A stretch of 64,000 bases of DNA from Octopus sinensis (Eukaryota). The stretch covers positions 77,066,001 through 77,130,000 of the forward strand of contig NC_043000.1 of the NCBI RefSeq assembly GCF_006345805.1, read 5' to 3'. Under the pieces are notes generated by a model. The model worked only from the letters and a program-made list of their open reading frames with translations, was not told the origin of the DNA and did no database searches. Of this stretch, positions 51,383 to 63,944 are shown piece after piece. A program made the translations under genes and the position numbers. Position 1 is the stretch's first letter; each line of letters starts with the position of its first letter.

Positions 51383-52600
51383 GAATGGGCTGAAAAGTTC
51401 ATAGGCTGATTATAAAGGAGTGATGCTAGAGCTGTGAAATCTTGCATGCATTAATTTCATATCTTCTTATTAATAACTGCTTCGTCTCTTTTCTGGTAAA
51501 CTGACATCTGACGGTTCAAAGAATACTTCAGAAGTAATTAGTAATGACTTCTCTTGAAAATCAACAAAATTTGGCATTGTGGTGTGATCAAGTACCTGTG
51601 GAAAAAGATTTAACCCCCAAGGACACTCATGGTGAAATCGTTGTTACATTAGGGGATGGCGCTCCAGCTTTTTATCAACAGTACAAAAGTGGGCTGCTGG
51701 ATTTCGGAGGAGACGGGAGAGTCTTGAAGATCACCTGAAATCTGGACGTCCTGCAAGTGCTACTACCGAGGGGAACATTGTGCTCATCACATGGTGATGG
51801 AGGAAAGGCGATTCACTGTAAAGGAAATAGCCAATGCTATTGGTATAGCCGGTGGAAGAGTTGAGAATATTCTACACAATGACCTTAGCATAATGAAAGT
51901 TTCTGCTTGGTGGATGCCACGTTTTCTCACACCTGATCAAAAGCTCACTACGCTGATCACATCATGGGAAAATATGACATTCTTTCAGGCAGATCTAGCT
52001 GGTTTCCTTGAACGTTTCTCCATCCAGCATGAGTGATGGCTTCATCACTTTGAATCACAGACAACGAGACATTCCATGCAGTGGAAACACTCCTCGTTAC
52101 CTGCTCCAAAGAAGGGTAAGGTCGTTTCATCTGCAGGAAAGTGATGGCCTCAATTTTTGGAAATGCAAAAAGCATTGTATTTATTGACTATATTCGAAAG
52201 TGTCACACTATCAATGGAAAATACTATGCCCCCTTGCTGAGGCTGAGGCAGTTATGAAAGGCTATCAAGACCCAGTGCCCAGGAAAACTCACGAAAAGGG
52301 TCATGCTTCATCAGGACAATGCTTCAGGACTCAAGTCCTTGTTTTCAATGACTGATGTGCGTGACTGTGGCTTTGAACTGGTTGATCACCCTCAAACCAG
52401 TATCGCAGTGATGATGATGTCATATCTGCTGTTAATGACTTTTTTGGTCAAAAGGAAGGAAGCTTCTCCACCAATGGGATCCAAGCGCTGTAACACCGAT
52501 GGAAGAATTGTGTGGGCTGCAAGGGGAATTATGTTTAAAAATAAAGTTCAGTATCTTGATCAGCCTAGTCAGCCTAATAAGCTTTTCAGTCGACCCTTTT
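51383..52600 (+). mobile_element. Mariner transposon with both TIRs and a decayed transposase
   Basis: TIR CTGAAAAGTTCATAGGCTGA / TCAGCCTAATAAGCTTTTCAG; KVSAWWMPRFLTPDQK and LHQDNA motifs. Confidence 0.9.
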
Positions 52601-52639
52601 GTGTATATATATGCATACATACATGCATATATATATATA

Positions 52640-52943
52640 TCACCGTGACCGTGACCGACCAGACCATCAGATGTTGCTACACATCGCTGGTCACAATGCA
52701 TTTGCATTGTTTTAGCCTTCGAACGACGCCACCCCGCTGGCTAACCGAGCAGGCCAACAGAAGAAAGAGTGAGAGAAAGAGTGGTGAAAGAGTACAGCAG
52801 GGATCACCACCTCCTGCCGGAGCCTCGTGGAGCTTTTAGGTGTTTTCGCTCAATAAACACACACAACGCCCGGTCTGGGAATCGAAACCGCGATCCTCCG
52901 ACCGCGAGTCCGCTGCCCTAACCACTGGGCCATTGCGCCTCCA
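52640..52943 (-). mobile_element. tRNA-derived SINE, family 4
   Basis: GGAGGCGCAATGGCCCAGTGGTTAGG..GTTTCGATTCCC head and (GGTCAC)n tail. Confidence 0.85.
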
Positions 52944-52949
52944 TATATA

Positions 52950-54240
52950 TAGGGAAATTTCACAAAAAAAAAACAAATGACGAACACAGGTGGTTTAGAC
53001 AACAAACACATATATTAGTTTAACGCTCGGGAAGTGAAAAAGTCTTTAACGTTTCGAGCCTACGCTCTTCTACAGAAAGGAACACAGAAAGAAACAAGGA
53101 GAGAAAATAAAAAATGTATAGTGGCTAGCGATCTATCATGGCGAATGACGGACAGAGTGGTCACACAGGAGAGCTAAGAAGAAGAGGAGATAATAAAGTA
53201 GTGGTGATGCCAAAACGAAGGTGCGCGTGCCTGTGTATAAGATAGCATGTATATGGGTGTGGAAGAGGGCTGGTGACCTTGATGTGTGTGTATGTGTAGG
53301 TGCGTGGATGATGACATGGGGCTGGGAAGTGGTCAGTGCTAGTGTGTGCGTGGTGGTGTGATATGATGTGGTGTTGTGTGGTATAGTGGTGTATGGTGTA
53401 GTGGTGTGTGGTGTGGTGGTGTTGGGACGTGGGGAGGTGAGAGTGGGGAAAGCAAGGGTAGGGTGTGGGTTACGCTGAGGGTGAGGGTAGAGGTGGGGTA
53501 TATGGGAGTGGGTGTAAGGATGGGGTGGGGTGGATGGGGTGGATGGGATGGATAGGGAATGTAGAGTTGGATTGTGTAGGGGGTGGGGTTACGAGGGAGG
53601 GGTGACGATGAAGGGAGAGGGGGAAAGGAGAAGGTGGGTAGGAGCAAGGAGAAGAGAGAAGGAGTGTAGGAGTGAAGAGAAGAAGTAGAAGTCGGAGCAG
53701 GAGAGGAGAGGTGGGTGGGAAGAAAGTAGGTGTGAGAGGGAGAGAGGAGAGGGGAGGAGGGTTAGATGAAGAGAGGAGAAGACTTGAGCCCATGTGGCGC
53801 AAAGAAGTGAAGAGAGAAGATTAATCCCTGTTCACGGCGAAAACGGGAGTCCGGATGGCCCCTGTGCAAGGACAATTCGAATACAGACAAGTGTTGCAAA
53901 GAGTGACCGGTAGTGCGGAAATGGCGCGAGACCGGGGTGCCATTACTGAATCGGATGTCTCGGAGGTGTTCCGCGAACTGGTCAGCCAAGTAGCGTCCCG
54001 TTGTATAGAGAAGGGCAGAGAGAGCAGGAGATGTAGTAGATGATAATTGGAAAAAGTGCAGGTGAAGGAGTCGGTGATATGATGGAGTCGATGATGGGTG
54101 TCGGTGAGGAGGGTGGTGTTGGAGATGTAAGGGCAAATGCGGCAGCGTGGGCGGGAGCAGGGGAATGAGCCGAAAACTTTTCGGCATTTCTCACGCTCTA
54201 CTTCACACGTTTCGCTCACCATATGCCGAAAAGTTCCCAC
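52950..54240 (-). mobile_element. Penelope-like element 3' fragment (Cys linker + GIY-YIG, pyrimidine-rich UTR, pLTR)
   Basis: CSRPRCRICP, SFTCT, YYISCSLC, TGRYLADQFAEHL, PVSRHF, REQGLIFSL..APHGL; hammerhead-like motif at 53044-53079. Confidence 0.88.
53044..53079 (-). ncRNA. Hammerhead-like motif with variant core CTGTAGA
   Basis: CTTT-CTGTAGA-A-GAGC GTAG GCTC-GAAACGTT-AAAG. Confidence 0.65.
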
Positions 54241-54377
54241 TCTCCTATTTTGTTATACAACAACTCTACACATTTCCGTAATTTTAAACATTAATATGTG
54301 ACTAACACGCAAGAGCAATATTGGATGGTAATAATGAAATAAGCAGATGTGCATCAAGAGGAAACAGTTAAGATTTG

Positions 54378-54663
54378 CAGTTCCATATTTAAGAGATGAG
54401 GAATTATGTACATTATTTACATTTGACGGATATTTGCCCTCATCTTCTTTGTTGTTAACACAACATTTCGGCTGATATACCCTCCAGCCTTCATCAGGTG
54501 TCTTGGGGAAATTTCTAACCTGGGTTCTCATTCCCAAGGTATTTTTTGATCTTCTTCTTCTTCTTCTTCTTCTTCTTCTTCTTCTTCTTCTTCTTCTTCT
54601 TCTTCAGGTCACTGCCTGGAATCGAACTCGGAATATTGGAGTTCGATTCCAGGCAGTGAACTA

Positions 54664-54709
<46 letters not shown>

Positions 54710-54858
54710 TCGAAAAATACCTTAGGAATTAGAACACAGATTCGAAATTTCACCGAGATACCTGATGAAGGCTGGAGGGTATATCAGCTGGAACGTTGTG
54801 TTAACAACAAACAAGATGAGGATAAATATCCGTCAAATGTAAATAATGTAAATAATGT
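54378..54858. mobile_element. Palindromic hammerhead element, best copy, with central B-box hairpin and 11-bp TSD
   Basis: Inverted arms; central hairpin 54609-54659 containing GAGTTCGATTCC; AGTTAAGATTT at 54366-54376 and 54859-54869. Confidence 0.88.
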
Positions 54859-55709
54859 AGTTAAGATTTATCCTAACTACCTGTATTACATGCACACACA
54901 CACACACGCACACACACATACACACACGCATACACACACACACACACATGCATATATCTTTCTCCCCCACCCCATAAATCAAACGGTAGTAATTCGGACA
55001 ATCTCATTTAGTCCGATACTTTTGCAATCGTTTTCACACAGTGAATACTCTAATTGCTAGAAACTGCAGTCAAACTCCTTTAAATCATATTCTATCATAA
55101 GGTCACAATGGAAAATGTATTCCTAGATACACTATTTGAACAAAAGTAGAGATATTGACGCCTTCGATCAGATCAGAAGTGTGCTCGATCAGCGCTGACT
55201 TAGGGTTCAACTGCAAAATGTCAATAACGACAGCACCACGCCTGTCACTAAGTTTTAAATGGGTGGATGTGTGGGGTGAACCAGTGGTGCGATTCAATTG
55301 CAAAGGCTGTAGCCAGGAATAGAAACCAGATCGCTGAACTCGACTCTTGAAAGACATCTGTTTAGCAGACGGCACGTCGCTCTCTACAGGCAAAGCGATT
55401 TTAGATTTAAAACACCACCACCGCCGCCACCATCAGCGACTGCAAAAACGCTAATTTATATATATATATATAAAAAAATATATATAATAAGGTTTTAATT
55501 CTGTATTTTCCTGCCCCGAACTAAACAACGAAAGGTTAAACCAAGGAATTATAAACTGGAGAATTATAAAGATTTAATCTATTCTCATTTAATCTCTTTT
55601 AATCACAGGTAACAACAATTCTCCCCACCTCTCTCTTTCTCTCTCTAATTACATTTCGTTTGAAAATTTTAGATGAAGATTAATCAATAGAAGAGATTAT
55701 AATATTTCA

Positions 55710-55845
55710 TTTGGACTGAAAGGCGGTGAAGTTGTAGTAAAGATGGTAGTAATCGGAATAACTCCTTAGTGGTATTTTGGACTGAAAGGTGGTGAAGTTG
55801 CGGTAAAGATGGTAGTAACCGGAATAAATCCCTAGTGGTATTTTG
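55710..55845. repeat. ~67-bp tandem duplication
   Basis: TTTGGACTGAAAGG..TAGTGGTATT occurs twice. Confidence 0.85.
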
Positions 55846-56051
55846 GTACGACCTATTATGTGCTAAGTTCATATTTCTGCTACAGTAGACTTTGACTTTG
55901 GTTCACCTGGACTTGACATAATGGGTACCAGAGAACTACTGGAGAGAAGGTCTGTTTAATTAACTGATCACCCCCTTGTGCTTTTGTTTTAGAAATATTG
56001 TTTCGAGTTCAAAATCATAAATACATTAATGAAAATGATTTTCAACATATA

Positions 56052-56159
56052 AGAAGCTTACTTCCCAAACAACATGGTTCCGGGTTGTCTTCTACTATAG
56101 CCTCAGGCCGATCAAAGCCTTGTCAGTGGATTCGGTAGGCGGAAACTGAAAGAAACCTG

Positions 56160-56201
<42 letters not shown>

Positions 56202-56416
56202 CTGAATATATCTATATGTGTGTGTCTTTGTGCCCCTCATCACCGCTTGTCAATCGGCGGTGGTGTGTTTATGTCCTCGTAGCCTATCGGTTCGGAAAAA
56301 AGAGACCGATAGAATAAGTACTAGGCTTAGAAAAATAAGTCCTCAGGTCGATTTGTTCGACTAAAATCCTTCAAGGTGGTGCACCAGCTTGACCGCAGTC
56401 AAATGATAGATAAAAG
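56052..56416 (+). mobile_element. SINE family 1
   Basis: Body and tail match; the tail is interrupted by the next element. Confidence 0.8.
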
Positions 56417-57920
56417 GGATCTAGTTTTTTTTTATTCGCAAAATATGCATTTTTTAAAAGACAGTAAAATATCTGAAAATCGGCTATAATAGTATAGTTT
56501 TCTAGTCTAATTGCTATGAAGGTATGATTTTGTGGAGAAAAAAAAAATTGGAGGAAAAAGTTACAGAGGTTTAAAAATCGGAAAAACTCTGTATTTTTTA
56601 GCCAATAGCGAGACAGAAGTTTTCTGCGTTTAGTCAACTTTAAGGTTGTACCCTGTGAAATTTATAGTTTAGCGTCTGTGAAATGACCTCTTCATTGTAG
56701 GTTTCTAAATAAACAGAAATACCTAATAAATTCAACATGTATCATCTTACTGTTTCTTTTGTCTCTTCATAGGTTGTATGTTTCTATTATTTTTTTAAAA
56801 TTTGTTATATTAATATATTTGTCTGCATATGTTTACTTTATGCGTATTTCAGTATTATGTATACCTGTCATGTATTTGTGTACATCATTAATATATAAGT
56901 GCTTACGCGCGCGCGTGTGTGTGAAAAGGGAGCGTCTGTCTCCAAAACTTCAAACATGAGTAACGTTTTCATACTTGGATTTTTAAACTACGATAAGAAT
57001 AACACTGCTCAACAAAGAATTTGTCCAAAGAAAAGGAATACCTATATCTTACATGTTTTTACATGCAGAATTCAAAAATAATGTCAAATTATCCGTATTA
57101 AGTTCACATAATCCATTCACCTTCGTAATGCCAAGAAACTATAAACATCGCAAACAACTTTTGCTATATATGAAAAATATGTAAAATATTAAGACAATTG
57201 ATGAAAAATATCTCTCTCTATATAAACGGCAGTTTGTCTGTGCGTTTTCTGTGTGTCTGTTTTCTCGTACCCTCACTCTGACCACGGCTTTCAACCGATT
57301 CTGATGAAACTTGACACACACATAGCCCAATGTCATAATTCAAAACTAACGCAGCGAAAATTTTGAAAAGTTCCCCCAGTTCTGAAAAAGATCGATAAAT
57401 TCGACATGGGGTCGAGAATCTGAAACCCAAACCACAGACCGTCTAGGGGACGCAACTCCACCTTTTTTATCCCTCAAAAAAAATTTACCATCATTTTTTT
57501 GCTATTTTTTGGCTATAACTCTCTAAAAATGCTTTATAGTTATTTCCCTTACAAACCTGAGCAACGCCGGGCGATACTGCTAGTCTACAATAAAATTCTA
57601 ATTGATAAATATAAATTTTTATCAAAACAAAACACGCGGGTGAAGTAAATCTCGTGGTGTGAAGAATCAACACAACAATCAGGTGAAGCAAAACACAACG
57701 TGCGGTTGTCATGGTAACATGCTGTTAATGCCCCGCTGTCTGTTGATTGGCTAAAATTACCCTACTTTCCGAACTTTAATTCCAAATAACATCAGATTCT
57801 TTAATTTACGAGATAAAGTAATTGTAATCAAAATTCAGAGTTGCATCGATACACAAAAATTGAAAGCAATCAGAACAAAATTAAAGGGGTCTCATTTTGC
57901 GAATGAAAAAGACTAGATCT
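56417..57920. mobile_element. Non-autonomous TIR DNA transposon with 8-bp TSD
   Basis: TIR GATCTAGTTTTTTTTATTCGCAAAAT / ATTTTGCGAATGAAAAAGACTAGATC; GATAAAAG at 56409-56416 and 57921-57928. Confidence 0.8.
57211..57583 (+). mobile_element. Non-autonomous Helitron nested in the TIR element
   Basis: A|TC 5' end, CCTGAGCAACGCCGGG subterminal hairpin and CTAG|T 3' end. Confidence 0.8.
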
Positions 57921-59001
57921 GATAAAAGACATGTACCAGTAATTTAACAGGATTGAGCCAATCAGCTATCTCATATTTCTACCGCTTCACTTTCGCCGGG
58001 TGTGCTGTAGTCATACTAGGTTTCGCCTAGTGGTGTGTTATTGCCATGTTAAGACACCACCATATCCACCAAGTGTGTTGTTGTTATGTTACAACACTAT
58101 ATTCCTACCAATTGTAGCCATGCTAGGACACTGTGTTTCTCCTGTGTAGCTTATAATCTGTCAGGCTAGGGATCTCATCACAAACTGATGAGACCTGCTA
58201 CAGGTATCACGTAAGCCAATACTACGTGTTCCATGGTTGAGTGATCGACGACTAAACTGGCTCTTCCACTTGTGGAGCTTGCCACTCTTGGGAGGAGGGG
58301 GGGGTCTGGATATATAGAAGGACTAAAAACAAGACTTGTCAAAGCGCGGATGTGCTCTTTGTGGCCCAATGGCTATCCAGTTGAGGAAGGCAATGGTAAG
58401 CCACCCCAATACCTCTACCAAGAAAACACTATATGAAAGTAAGAATGAAGTAATGCTAAGGCTTCATCCGATCGGGAAGACTTTTGTAGTAGTATCATCT
58501 ACAACGGCGCCAAGTTTATGACCATGCTAATATACTGTAATTTCCATCAGGTGTGCTGTACTCTTGCTAGAGTATCCAGATTTTTTATTGATAGTGTTTT
58601 TGAAATTAGTCAAAAAAGAAAAGAAGAAAAAAAAAAGACAAAAGTGCAATACCATTTCTTTTGCAGGTCATCCCATTATAATGATATTATGTGGTTGTCT
58701 TTCATTTAGAATTTCAGTACGGGAACTCTGAGCAAAGAACTTTCAGAGAATGGTTACTATTCTGTGGAATAATTCTTGTTTAGTGCAATATCAGGTTGGG
58801 GGTTGAAGTGACACACAGTATAAATGACATGATGAGACGAGCATAACAGCTGTGTCAAGGTGGAAGGGATATATAACTAATGAGTTTAGAGAGGCCGAGG
58901 CCGTTATCGTAGCGGTAGAAGAGTTTGTACTTGAATGAGCCAGTAATTGCTATTGTTATTTAGCTATAAGTCAACCCTGACCCATACCTGATATATGAGT
59001 A

Positions 59002-59953
59002 ATGGGCCAGTCGTTATTTTTCCTGCGTAGCCTTAGTCCAGCTTGCAAGCGTAATTCTAGACGGAAGACAAGGCTCACAAAATGGAATCGCAGAATAATG
59101 AAACGTATTGTGTCTAAAAGCTATCGAATTACGACAGCAAAAGAGACAGCTGAGCTAAAACACCATTTTATCAATCATGTGTCAACCAAAACCGTTTGTC
59201 GTTAGCTCCATAAATTTGGATATCATGCATGATAGGGATACAATTACTAAATTTTTGTTGTCCTCCATCAGCATTTGATAAGCAGAAAATATAATATTTA
59301 GATTATCAGATGTGGTTCAATGGATAAATGGAACAATATCGCTTTTTCTGATGAATCATCATTCACCCTTTTACTGTTTAAATCGAGAGACAGTCCAAAG
59401 AAGCTGTCAGTTCTAAAAGTTTGGCTCCTATAATGAAGCATGGAGGTGACACTGTGATGATTTGGGTAGCCCTATCACGGAATTTTCTAAGTAATTTGGT
59501 TGGTGTATATGATAGAATTAACGCCTAGAATTATTTGAGTATTTTTGCTGACTGTGTTCATCCTATTGTACAAACATTGTTCCCCAATGGTATTGCAATC
59601 TTCTAGAACGATAATGTGCTAATTCGCACAGATAATATTCAAAATGGCTACGAAGTAGGCAACTTGGATTGGCCCCTATAATCACCGGATCTCAATATAA
59701 TCGAACATTTATGGTGCATTTCGGAGCATCAAGTAAGGAACTGCTTCTCTCGACCACTGTCACTGAAAGAGCTAAAGTAGGATTTACTTGAAAATGGGCC
59801 AAAATTCCCCTGACAACCGTTCAGAACCTGTACAAACCTCAATTACTTAGTGTGTCAAAGCTGTGATTGATGCTAAATGTAGACCAACACTGTTTTAAAC
59901 CATAAAACTTCCATTAAAAAAGGTGTTTCCATTACTTTACCCAGCCTTTGTGT
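59002..59953 (+). mobile_element. Tc1-like transposon relic
   Basis: FSDESSF, KHGG..VMIW and WP..SPDLNIIEHLW motifs with stops. Confidence 0.85.
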
Positions 59954-60303
59954 ATACATATATGGTAATTGCTGCATCATTACAGATGATTGCTGTCTCC
60001 TTGTGTTTCCTATTGACAATAGTATTTCTAATTTTCCATCCATGAACTCTCAGTCCCGTTGCAGATTTGCAAGATTTGAAGCATTGGTCATGTATGACAG
60101 TTGTAAGTTACTGTGCGCGTCTAACTGGTTAGCTCTGCACACATCCCCACTCTTCTATTGCTATAGGGCTTAAGTAGATGGTGGGGTATGACAAATGAGG
60201 TTATCATAAAGAGAGTTCTATACTCATTCAATTATAGTGATAAATGCTTGGAGAATATAAGTACCACTCTCTGAGTCTTCATGATTTGGGCTGTAATTTG
60301 GAC

Positions 60304-60690
60304 TGTAATTGCTATTGTTATTTAGCAATAAGTCAACCCTGACACACACCTGATATATGAGTAATGGGCCAGTCGTTATTTTTCTTGTGTAGCTTTAGCC
60401 AAGCTTGCAAGCGTAATTCTAAACCTAAGACAAGGCTCACAGAAAGAGATCGCAGAACATTGAAACGTATAGTGTCTAAAAACTGTCGAACTACGACAGC
60501 AAAAGAGACAGCTGAGCTAAAACACCATCTTACCAACCATGTGTCAACCAAAGCCGTTTGTCATCAGCTCCATAAATTTGGATACCATGATAGGGATACA
60601 ATTGCTAAATTTTTCTTGTCCTCCATCAGCATTTGACAAGCAGAAAGAATAGTATCTTGATTATCAGACGTGGTCAATGGCTAATGGAAC
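60304..60690 (+). mobile_element. Partial second copy of the Tc1-like relic with the same upstream flank
   Basis: Aligns to 58943-59335. Confidence 0.85.
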
Positions 60691-61646
60691 CTAGTGACAG
60701 GCCGAAGCGGGATGACCAGTAATCATGTGAAGCCGCAGATTTTACATCATAGTATTCCTCTTCTTGAAGGATGCTGTAACTGTAGTTAGGAGTCCCTTTC
60801 TCCCAGTCCTTTTCCTGCGCGACCTGACTCCAATGAAGGATACTTCTGTGTCCTCGCGCTCCGCTGATATGTTATCACTTTTATTAGTTAACTCATAACT
60901 GGGACCCTCATAGGGTGCTACTTCCCCGGGTCACAGTAGATCTGGGAATAATTGTGGCTAAGAGGTGATTCCACACCCCTCAAAACTATGGAACCCCAAA
61001 CCAGAGCCTCACAGTTATAGCGTACATACATACACCCGCACGCGCACATACGTACACACACACACACACACACACACATTCTCTGTGTGTAACTCAGTTG
61101 GTGAAATAAGTTATCTAAATATACAAAGGGAAGATTAACTGTTAAATCCACCTTACTCTATCGAAGAGATCAATTTTAACCCTGTTTGCAGTCAAGAAGA
61201 GATCTAACAGCCTTACGGCAAAATCTAACGCTTTGCAAATGAAATATGTCTTCGTCCCAACCAAAACAACATATTACTTAAAACATAATAGTAATTCAGG
61301 TGAACTGTAATTAAAATGTGAGGAAACTCTCGGTCGAAGCGACAGTTCGTGTTCCCAGGTTGCTCACTCAGTTTAACACCAACTGCTGAGCCCTAGATAC
61401 CTTACGCAGAGTTTACTCTGATGCAAGTATTTAGGTGTCTTGCCTGAGGATAACTTTTTTTCTGTTTACATGAAGCTCAAAAAATTTACTTGAATTTGTC
61501 AGCCATTGTAAAAATCACAGAGCCATTCTAAAATAACGTTACTCATGTTCACGTAATAACTGAACACCATGAGATAGCACGATACTAATTTGTATATTAA
61601 CTCAGTAGGTTTGTTACTAATGATTGTCAGCTCAGCACATATTTCT

Positions 61647-62063
61647 TATTTCTTTATTGCTTACAAGGGGCTAAAGATAGAAGGGACAAACAAGGACAGG
61701 CAAACGGATTAAGTCGATTATATCGACCCCAGTGCGTAACTGGTACTTATTTAATCGACTCCGAAAGGATGAAAGGCAAAGTCGACCTCGGCGGAATTTG
61801 AACTTAGAACGTAGCGGCAGACGAAATACCTATTTCTTTACTACCCACAAGGGGCTAAACACAGAGGAGACAAACAAGGACAGACAGACGGATTAAGTCG
61901 ATTATATCAACCCCAGTGTGTAACTGGTACTTAATTTATCGACCCCGAAAGGATGAAAGGCAAAGTCGACCTCGGCGGAATTTGAACTCAGAATGTAACG
62001 GCAGACAAAATACAGCTTAGCATTTCGCCCGGCGTGCTAACGTTTCTACCAGCTCGCCGCCTT
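61647..62063 (-). mobile_element. tRNA-SINE family 2 with duplicated 3' half, Tx1-type tail and 13-bp TSD
   Basis: Head AAGGCGGCGAGCTGG, B box GAGTTCAAATTCC; AGCACATATTTCT at 61634-61646 and 62064-62076. Confidence 0.9.
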
Positions 62064-62131
62064 AGCACATATTTCTATTAATTAACAGATTTGCAGCACG
62101 TTCAGACATGTGTGTATGTTTGTGTGCGCGC

Positions 62132-62212
<81 letters not shown>

Positions 62213-62291
62213 CGTGTTTGCTCATACGGGATAAACCGATATCAAGTTGTATCTCTTTGTGCCATAATGGTAATTTAAGAGTTCTATGAAC

Positions 62292-62483
62292 CGTATCAGG
62301 ACAATTACCCCCGCCCCTAGGACAATCGCCCCCGACGACAACTACCCCTAGGACAATTATCCTCCTTGGTTAATTACTCCGTCTCTAATATATTAAGAAG
62401 TTTTAAATCATCATCTGTTTTCCTCAGAGGTAATTGTCACTGGAGGGATGGTTATTGTCCATGAGGGTAAATATCCTAGACTC
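62292..62483. mobile_element. MITE with modular GGACAATT(G/A)CCC subrepeats (MULE/foldback-like)
   Basis: Subrepeats are inverted at the right end; TSD CTATGAAC at 62284-62291 and 62484-62491. Confidence 0.75.
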
Positions 62484-62679
62484 CTATGAACACAAGTAAA
62501 GTAAGTGCCGGATCGTTATAAGTGCTGGTGGGGTTGATATAATCGACTAAAACACCTGAAGACGGTTCTCCAGCATAACCACAATCCAAAGGTTAAAACC
62601 AGTAACAGAAGAAAATAATGTTGACCTAGAGTCAACCAACCAACAGACCAGACCAGCCAATCAGCAATTTAGCTTCAAT

Positions 62680-63640
62680 CAAAACAAAGTCTTTCAGATA
62701 CAAATAGCAAGCAACCCACCAGCTCTCTATTCACTGATCTTGCCAATCTGACATAGTTTTAAGCCTCCTTCCCTGTCCATTTGGTGACCCTTTCAGCTGT
62801 ACCGACTGAAAATTTTGATATTTGATCCTTAAATACATTTAACAACATTCTAAGCAGTTTCAAGATATTCTCTCTTCTTTCAGTATTTATTTAGATTTCA
62901 GCGTCACCTTTAATGCAAAGTCGGGGACGGTGAACGAATTTACAATTCCTGTTTTAATCTTTATTTTGCATGCGTCAGTGTATACCAGTACCACACACAC
63001 ACACACACACACACACACTTGTGCGCCGTCTATATGTGTTTGAAATTATACATTCTGATAAAAGAGTAAGAAATAACATTAAATTGGCAATTTCAGCAAT
63101 AAGAAGTTGAAATAAACATATACCAACGCACACGCTCGCGTGCACACACATGCATGCATGCGTCTCCCCATAAATACATATACACATTCTCAGAAACAGC
63201 AGCACGCACACACACACACACATTTATTCAAATCTTACAGTTTGCCAATGAAAGAAGAGTACTAAATATATATTTTACAGTGTATTAGTTAACTTAAGCT
63301 GAATGTCCTTTTCTCGCGTTACGAGTTTCATGTTACTACGATCTTCAGGCAAGTATTATTTTCTTTCTGTTCATGCGCCATTTCCATCCATTATCGAGGG
63401 CTTTTATTATTCTTATTAGTTGTTTCCTACAATTATTTTGGTATATTGTGTTCATATATTTATTTATCTATAGACTGAGTGTGGTTATTGTTTGGCAGGC
63501 TGGTTTCCGATGTTATAGTTTTGCTTATAAATTGATTATGGAGTTCGTCGTGTCATTTGCTAATTCATTGTTATACATTGTTTCATTGGTCGGTTTAGCT
63601 GTTCGAAACTTTTTTAAATGTGTACTCGAATTGCTTCTCT
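62680..63640 (-). pseudogene. Possible highly degraded Penelope-like RT
   Basis: IRIIKALDNG resembles IIKPADKG; only weak downstream relics. Confidence 0.3.
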
Positions 63641-63844
63641 GATTCCGACAAGAATCGAGACTAGAACCTCATTTCCAGCATATTCAAAATGCAATGCACA
63701 CTAGACAGAATTCCAAATTATGAGAAAAAACAAACGGTGAAGACAGAGTGGTGGGAAGATATTATAGAAAAGAGATTGCAGTAGAAATATACTGTAGTAG
63801 AGTGCGCGCGCGCATGTGTGTGAAAGAGAGAGAGAGAGAGAGAT

Positions 63845-63891
<47 letters not shown>

Positions 63892-63944
63892 GGAAGAGAG
63901 AGAAGTGAAATGAGAGATAAGGTTGAAACAGTTGTAGAGAGCAT

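Noticed and set aside
52870-52943. tRNA-like sequences in SINE heads
   Set aside because: They run straight into SINE bodies and I could not build a proper cloverleaf, so they are not called tRNA genes.
58186-58215. CTGATGA-GACCTG CTA CAGGT hammerhead-like start
   Set aside because: No GAAA or helix III follows the stem.
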